Shown piece by piece: positions 59,581 to 64,000 of a stretch of DNA of 64,000 nt. The DNA is from a bacterium (GTDB taxonomy: Bacteria; UBA8248), in contig CBDCRP010000002.1 in assembly GCA_965221165.1 (NCBI GenBank), forward strand, positions 832,001-896,000, written 5' to 3'. A program made the translations under genes and the position numbers. Numbering within the stretch: the stretch's first letter is position 1; the number at the start of each line of letters is the position of its first letter. The notes under the pieces are model-generated. The model did no database searches, was not told where the DNA came from, and saw only the letters and a program-made list of their open reading frames with translations.

Positions 59581-59772
59581 ATGGACAGGCCATTTCGCTT
59601 CTATTATCTGTCAACCCCGGCAATAGGAGGAAGGGATATAACCCCTTCCAAAGGCTCTGAAGATTACATTGTGATCTTCAGAAAATCTATTACCCTTCCG
59701 AATGGGAGAGTCATTCATGCCAGCGATTATGGCAAGGTGGCTTTCCCCATTCGAATTAAAAAGAAAGGGTAG
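59581..59772 (+). CDS. Small basic protein (IFRKSITLPNGRVIHASDYGKVAFPI type)
   Basis: AGGAGG at 59625-30 precedes in-frame ATA 59638; followed by a perfect hairpin; start uncertain. Confidence 0.5.
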   Translation: MDRPFRFYYLSTPAIGGRDITPSKGSEDYIVIFRKSITLPNGRVIHASDYGKVAFPIRIKKKG

Positions 59773-59781
59773 TAGATGAGT

Positions 59782-59813
59782 GGGCATCGGGGAGTGGACA
59801 CTCCCCGATGCCC
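59782..59813. terminator. Perfect 15-bp hairpin between convergent small ORFs
   Basis: GGGCATCGGGGAGTG-ga-CACTCCCCGATGCCC. Confidence 0.7.
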
Positions 59814-59816
59814 TAC

Positions 59817-59939
59817 TTATTTCGGAGCAATTTTTTTATCCGCCGCCTTGAACACGGCCTTAGCGATTTGCTGAGCCGTAGCAGGTATCCGTTCTATAAC
59901 GTTTTTTACTGGCCTGCCTGGTGGTTTAGCATTACTCAT
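59817..59939 (-). CDS. 40-aa basic peptide, copy A (not in ORF track)
   Basis: MSNAKPPGRPVKNVIERIPATAQQIAKAVFKAADKKIAPK; paralog at 60811-60933. Confidence 0.6.
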   Translation of the reverse strand: MSNAKPPGRPVKNVIERIPATAQQIAKAVFKAADKKIAPK

Positions 59940-60179
59940 GAGACACCCCCACGTCGAATACCTTTTTTAGATATCCAATGTTCCTTTTATTGTAATTTTT
60001 TGAGGCGGATAGTTACATACGATGCAACGTGTTGCAAATGTAACCGAAATGAAATTTTTGTCAACAATATTTTCACGACTTTTCCACGCCTTATCCACAA
60101 GGCAATGGGTAACTTTCCGCCTAATTAAGTATATAATCCCCCAAATTTTTTTCAGTCGTACGCGGCCACTCGAAGCCAT

Positions 60180-60644
60180 TCAGGCGGCGACGGCTCTTGG
60201 CTCATCCAGCATATTGTGTTGGGCTGTGGGTTTCTTCACCGTCCTTACTTGCACATAGGGCCGATGCTCGTCTGCGTTTTTCTTTTCCATTCCTTCGGCT
60301 TCAATATCCCCTCGGCGCACTGCTTCGACGGCTTCAGCCCATTCTTGTTTCGTCTCTTCGCAGATTTCGTTGAAGAATGTCTCCACTCGCTGTTTGAACA
60401 TCGAGAAATCGTCGGCTTCCTCAGCCATGTCGAACAGGACGGACGTGTAGGTCCGCCGGAACGTGGAGAATGCCTCATCCTCGTTCTGTCCGGTCGCGGC
60501 GATTCCACCCGGCTGTATTCCGTACATCCATGTGGAATCATCCTCTTTCATCCCGAGGAGCGTTCCCATCATTTTCACATTCGCCACGAAGCCGTTTCCT
60601 TCCACCTTGTCCGAGAAGGTAAAAAAGAACGGAAACGCGCTCAT
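60180..60644 (-). CDS. Hypothetical protein with HicB-like segment
   Basis: AAGGAG SD; QPGGIAATGQNEDEAF resembles the HicB partial RNase-H fold motif. Confidence 0.6.
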   Translation of the reverse strand: MSAFPFFFTFSDKVEGNGFVANVKMMGTLLGMKEDDSTWMYGIQPGGIAATGQNEDEAFSTFRRTYTSVLFDMAEEADDFSMFKQRVETFFNEICEETKQEWAEAVEAVRRGDIEAEGMEKKNADEHRPYVQVRTVKKPTAQHNMLDEPRAVAA

Positions 60645-60810
60645 GTCACTCTCCTTTTCGGTTTTTGAAAAACCTTATCTCCAGATAGACTAATCCATCT
60701 GTCTTATCCGTGTTTCAAATTCGTTATGATTGTTCCATTATTTGCCCTGAAGAACTTTTCTGTCAAGGAAGGTAATTTCAGGCGACAACGGGTCCAACCC
60801 TAAAAACTCC

Positions 60811-60933
60811 CTATTTTAATACAAGAATCTTCGTATTCGCCGCTCGATAGATGGCTTTAGCAATTTCTTGTGGCGACGCCGGGGCCGGTTGCACAACGTT
60901 CTTCACCGGACACCCCGGTGATTTGGTACTCAT
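60811..60933 (-). CDS. 40-aa basic peptide, copy B (not in ORF track)
   Basis: MSTKSPGCPVKNVVQPAPASPQEIAKAIYRAANTKILVLK. Confidence 0.5.
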   Translation of the reverse strand: MSTKSPGCPVKNVVQPAPASPQEIAKAIYRAANTKILVLK

Positions 60934-61111
60934 TAGATGCCCCTTTGCCAAGCGAATGAATTCGACCGCCGTCTCACACAGCGCACCCTATTACATAACT
61001 TGTAGCACTTTGCAACTTTTCAGCACACTTTTTTCGCATTTTATCAACACAACCAAAGTTATATATTATTCCCTTTTTTACCAATCCTCCGGAATTTTCC
61101 GCCCCCCCCCA

Positions 61112-61683
61112 TCACTCGATGCGCTCCTCGAGCTTGCGCGTCGCCTCGGCGGTGAGTTCGCATATCTTCTCCATCACCTCGGGATGATCGCGGAGCGATT
61201 CGCGCACCTCGTTGACAATCGCCATCTTGGCGGCGGCGAACCCGTCCTCGTACTGAAGCCTGAGACGCTCGGCCGATATGCGGCTGTTCTCGAGCGTGTT
61301 CACCATCTTCGCGATTTTTTCGGGGGTCAAGCCCTCGAAGGATTTCCGTTCCATGTGCGAGACGGCCTCGACCGCCTGCGCCATCAGCATCCGCCGCGCG
61401 GCGGCGGCCACCTTCTCGCCCGGGTCCCTGCCCTCACCGTCGTAGGCCATGACTTCTTCGATCAGCTCATCCACCATGGCTTCGACCTGCTTACTCTTGC
61501 GGATGCCCTCGAGCAGGCGCCGTTGTGCCTGAATACGGAAGATATCTGCAGCGGCTCCCCGGTGGCGTTCTCGAAGGCCCGCGCCACTTCCTTGTAGGTC
61601 TTCCCCTCGGCGAGCATGGGATCGACGAACTTCTCCGCGTCGTATCGCTCGATTTTCGCACGGCGTCCCCGTCTTCTCTCCAT
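61112..61683 (-). pseudogene. DUF3486 / Mu gp27-like small terminase, frameshifted near 61524
   Basis: N-terminus GRRAKIERY..TYKEVA..ISSVFRH in one frame and helical C-terminus RRLLEGIRK..SAERLR in another; ATG 61683 overlaps the gp26-like stop. Confidence 0.72.
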
Positions 61684-62015
61684 CACAACTCTCCCACGAG
61701 GATGTCGGGCGACCCCGATACGGCTCCCTCGAGCAGGCCCCGCCCCCGGCGGGTGAGGTGGACCTCGTAGTCGGTGAGCAGGCGGCCGAAACCGCCCGGG
61801 GTGCGCTTTTCCACCAAGCCCCGCTCCGCCAGATCGTCCACGAAGGCCTCGAGCGTCTCCCGGCCGATGGGCGCGCCGTCCTCGTGGTGGCCCGCCTCGC
61901 GCAGCGCGCTCCACAGAAGAAGGCTGCCGACGCTCGATTTCTCCTGAAAGGCATCCTGGTAATAAAGCGTCTTCAATATGTCGCCGCGCAGAACGCGGGC
62001 CGCCAACTCGTTCAC
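61683..62015 (-). CDS. Mu gp26-like winged-helix protein
   Basis: LRGDILKTL..LAERGLV..LTRRGRGLLEG..PDI; AGGAGG SD; lies just before DUF3486 as in Mu-like phages. Confidence 0.72.
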   Translation of the reverse strand: MNELAARVLRGDILKTLYYQDAFQEKSSVGSLLLWSALREAGHHEDGAPIGRETLEAFVDDLAERGLVEKRTPGGFGRLLTDYEVHLTRRGRGLLEGAVSGSPDILVGEL

Positions 62016-62152
62016 GCCAAAACACCTCCTGGATAACTTTGACCCTCAAACGCCGGACGCGGCACGCCTGGATTCGGCGTCTCTCGCGGATGATGAAATA
62101 CGCCCCGGGCGTCTCGGCACGCCCCTCCCCCGCGCGCGGCGGGGATTCGGGC

Positions 62153-62204
62153 AATATAGGGTGCGGCGCAGGTTCCGGCGGCCCCGTAAATGCGGGCAAA
62201 TGCG
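62153..62204 (-). promoter_or_regulatory. Shared phage-module promoter element, copy 3 (gp26-terS)
   Basis: Plus strand AATATA 62153-58, AAATGCG 62188-94 and 62198-204; 29-nt gap. Confidence 0.8.
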
Positions 62205-62267
62205 GGGGCCTGTGCGTTGAGAAAAAAAACCAGCAAGCCCACAATGCTCCCCGGGGAGGACGCTTCG

Positions 62268-62666
62268 ATGCGCGCGCGCGACTGGAAAATCACCGCCACG
62301 GCCGCCATCTGCACGCTGTGGTTCTTGTGGCTGCCCGATTCGCCGGCCTCAGGCCACGGGGAGGAGGAAATCCTCCTGTTCGCCTATCTGGCGGAAGAGC
62401 AAAACCTCCTGAGAATCTCGACCGCCATCGTGGGCGGCATCATCCTGGCGATGGGCGCCTTTATCACCCAGCAATCGCGCGCCGAGGCGAGAGAGGGAGC
62501 AGGAGCCGAATACTCGGGCTTCAAGGTGATGGCGCCGGGGCTGCTCGTCACCTGTCTGGGCGTCGGCGTGTTGTTCACGGCCGCCTTCATCCTGCCCGAG
62601 CAGATCAAGATCGTGCACGATCATCCTCTGGGCCAATCCGAGACAAAGGCTCACGAGAGGCGCTGA
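62268..62666 (+). CDS. Hypothetical membrane protein
   Basis: GGAGGA SD, signal-like N-terminus, two TMs (APGLLVTCLGVGVL). Confidence 0.6.
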   Translation: MRARDWKITATAAICTLWFLWLPDSPASGHGEEEILLFAYLAEEQNLLRISTAIVGGIILAMGAFITQQSRAEAREGAGAEYSGFKVMAPGLLVTCLGVGVLFTAAFILPEQIKIVHDHPLGQSETKAHERR

Positions 62667-62720
62667 ACCACCCGCGCCCGGCAAACCGCGCCGGTGAATT
62701 TTCTGCGACCGGGAACCCTC

Positions 62721-63143
62721 TCACCTCGCTTTTCCCGTCAATTTCTCGACGGTGCGCAGAGCGCCGAGACCCAGCATCCCCAGGGTGAGCTCTAAAAGCC
62801 CCTCCGCCGAGACGGGATAGGGAACCAGCGCGCCGCCCATCAGCACCTGCCGCGTCCAGAGCCAGGCGCCCAGGGCGTACTGGGGGATGAAATAAAAGGC
62901 GAGCGACACGCCGCAGGTCCACAATATGAACGGCCTCCCCCCGGCGACGAAGGCGCTGCGGTGCGCCGCCTCGATTTTGTTTATCTCGTTCTGGGCTTCC
63001 AAGGGGCGCATCATCAGCTTTTGTTTTATCGCCTCCGCCGCCCGTCTCTCATCGGGCGTTTCGACGAACTTGTCGATGACGTTGGCGACGCCCTCGGCCG
63101 CCGTAACGACGCCTCCGCCGATGAGTTTTTCGAAAAAAGCCAT
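62721..63143 (-). CDS. 3TM holin (GTA_holin_3TM-like)
   Basis: IDKFVET.DE, INKIEAAHRSAFVAGGRP, LGMLGLGALRTVEK. Confidence 0.85.
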   Translation of the reverse strand: MAFFEKLIGGGVVTAAEGVANVIDKFVETPDERRAAEAIKQKLMMRPLEAQNEINKIEAAHRSAFVAGGRPFILWTCGVSLAFYFIPQYALGAWLWTRQVLMGGALVPYPVSAEGLLELTLGMLGLGALRTVEKLTGKAR

Positions 63144-63556
63144 CACGCGCTCCTCATCATCCCGGCGACCCTGCCCGCCCGGGCGGGCAACTCGCGCGCG
63201 TAATCGGAATCGAGCGCCTCCGCAGCCGCTCCCTCGTAATCGCCCTCCGCAAGCGCCGCCCACATTTTCCTGAAACCAAGAAGGCTCGGCACGCCCATGT
63301 TGTAGGCCATGTTCAAAACCGCGCGCTGTGCGCCGGGCCTTAAATTCGCATATACCCCGTCGACGGAGGAGCGCTCGATTTCTTCGGCCATCAGCCCCAG
63401 GCGATGCCGAAGAAGCAGTTCGGCTTCGGCCTCGGATATACCGTCCTCGATAAGCGTCCCGTAGCCGATGGTCTGCTTGCCCCTGGTGTCCAAATACACC
63501 CTGGGCTTGAAACCCTCCTCTTGCTTGATCTCCTCGATCAGTTCGTCCGTGAGCAT
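63143..63556 (-). CDS. T4-type (GH24) lysozyme/endolysin
   Basis: EEG..YLDTRGKQTIGYG catalytic E-D-T, NMAYNMG, AAAEALDS, RAGR. Confidence 0.9.
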   Translation of the reverse strand: MLTDELIEEIKQEEGFKPRVYLDTRGKQTIGYGTLIEDGISEAEAELLLRHRLGLMAEEIERSSVDGVYANLRPGAQRAVLNMAYNMGVPSLLGFRKMWAALAEGDYEGAAAEALDSDYARELPARAGRVAGMMRSA

Positions 63557-63774
63557 GGCTTCTCCTCATTCATCAGCGAATCCTCGCCGTCATTTGCCTC
63601 TCTCATCAGACGCCGCAGCGACGCCGCTCCCTTGTGAGCGCCCACGCGGCCCGCGTAGGCCTGGCTCGAGGCCAGGATGCGTCCGTTTTTCGCCCTGACG
63701 CGGAAACGATGCCGCCCGGATTCGTCCTCGAAAATCTCGATGGGACGCCGTCCCGATCTTTTCACGGCGCGCAT
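63538..63774 (-). CDS. YegP/DUF1508 family protein
   Basis: EIFEDESGRHRFRVRAKNGRILASSQAY. Confidence 0.78.
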   Translation of the reverse strand: MRAVKRSGRRPIEIFEDESGRHRFRVRAKNGRILASSQAYAGRVGAHKGAASLRRLMREANDGEDSLMNEEKPCSRTN

Positions 63775-63911
63775 GTCGAAACCCCCAGGTAAATCCCCAA
63801 ACCCAAAAGACACGCGGCGACGGCGGCGAGGCGAAAGGCAGCATGCCTGCCGTTCACCCAGCGCCACACAATGGAGCCCGTTCGCTTTTCGAATTCATTT
63901 TTCTCGGACAT
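63762..63911 (-). CDS. 49-aa single-TM protein (not in ORF track)
   Basis: MSEKNEFEKRTGSIVWRWVNGRHAAFRLAAVAACLLGLGIYLGVSTCAP; GAGG SD; overlaps the yegP-like start. Confidence 0.6.
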   Translation of the reverse strand: MSEKNEFEKRTGSIVWRWVNGRHAAFRLAAVAACLLGLGIYLGVSTCAP

Positions 63912-64000
63912 GATTTTCCTCTCTCTTCAGGGGGAATCCCGCGCGCCGCCCTTAGGCTGCGCGCCTCGACCCGGGAGATCCTAGGCCTTGATGACACCGG

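Noticed and set aside
29979-63911. A single intact 34-kb prophage
   Set aside because: Most intervening DNA is host metabolic/signalling genes; no integrase, transposase, replication genes or att repeats seen
1-64000. CRISPR array, rRNA or intact IS
   Set aside because: No regularly spaced repeats, rRNA-like sequence or transposase ORF seen

Overview
GC-rich bacterial chromosomal window, mostly metabolic genes: LeuCD-like dehydratase, hemE-hemH-hemY, tRNA-Cys, glgX-glgB, tarD-like enolase, a complete F420 biosynthesis operon, three luciferase-like oxidoreductases, two UGA/SECIS selenoproteins, a CdaA-YbbR fusion, an adenylate cyclase, a sugar-type ABC transporter and tandem CocE/NonD hydrolases. 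The main find is a set of tailed-phage morphogenesis genes split into three islands separated by 8-13 kb of host genes. The islands are lysis + Mu gp26-like + DUF3486 small terminase (61.1-63.9 kb), split large terminase + portal (44.6-47.7 kb), and protease-capsid + neck + tail tube + chaperone (30.0-36.2 kb). All phage genes are on the minus strand in canonical order, and no integrase, transposase, replication or repressor gene is visible. The head-tail island, the terminase-portal island and the gp26-terS pair are each preceded by the same element with identical spacing (minus strand CGCATTT-N3-CGCATTT-N29-TA[T/G]ATT). This points to a domesticated, co-regulated phage-derived particle, a candidate gene transfer agent. 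All family assignments come from motif recognition by eye; no database searches were run.
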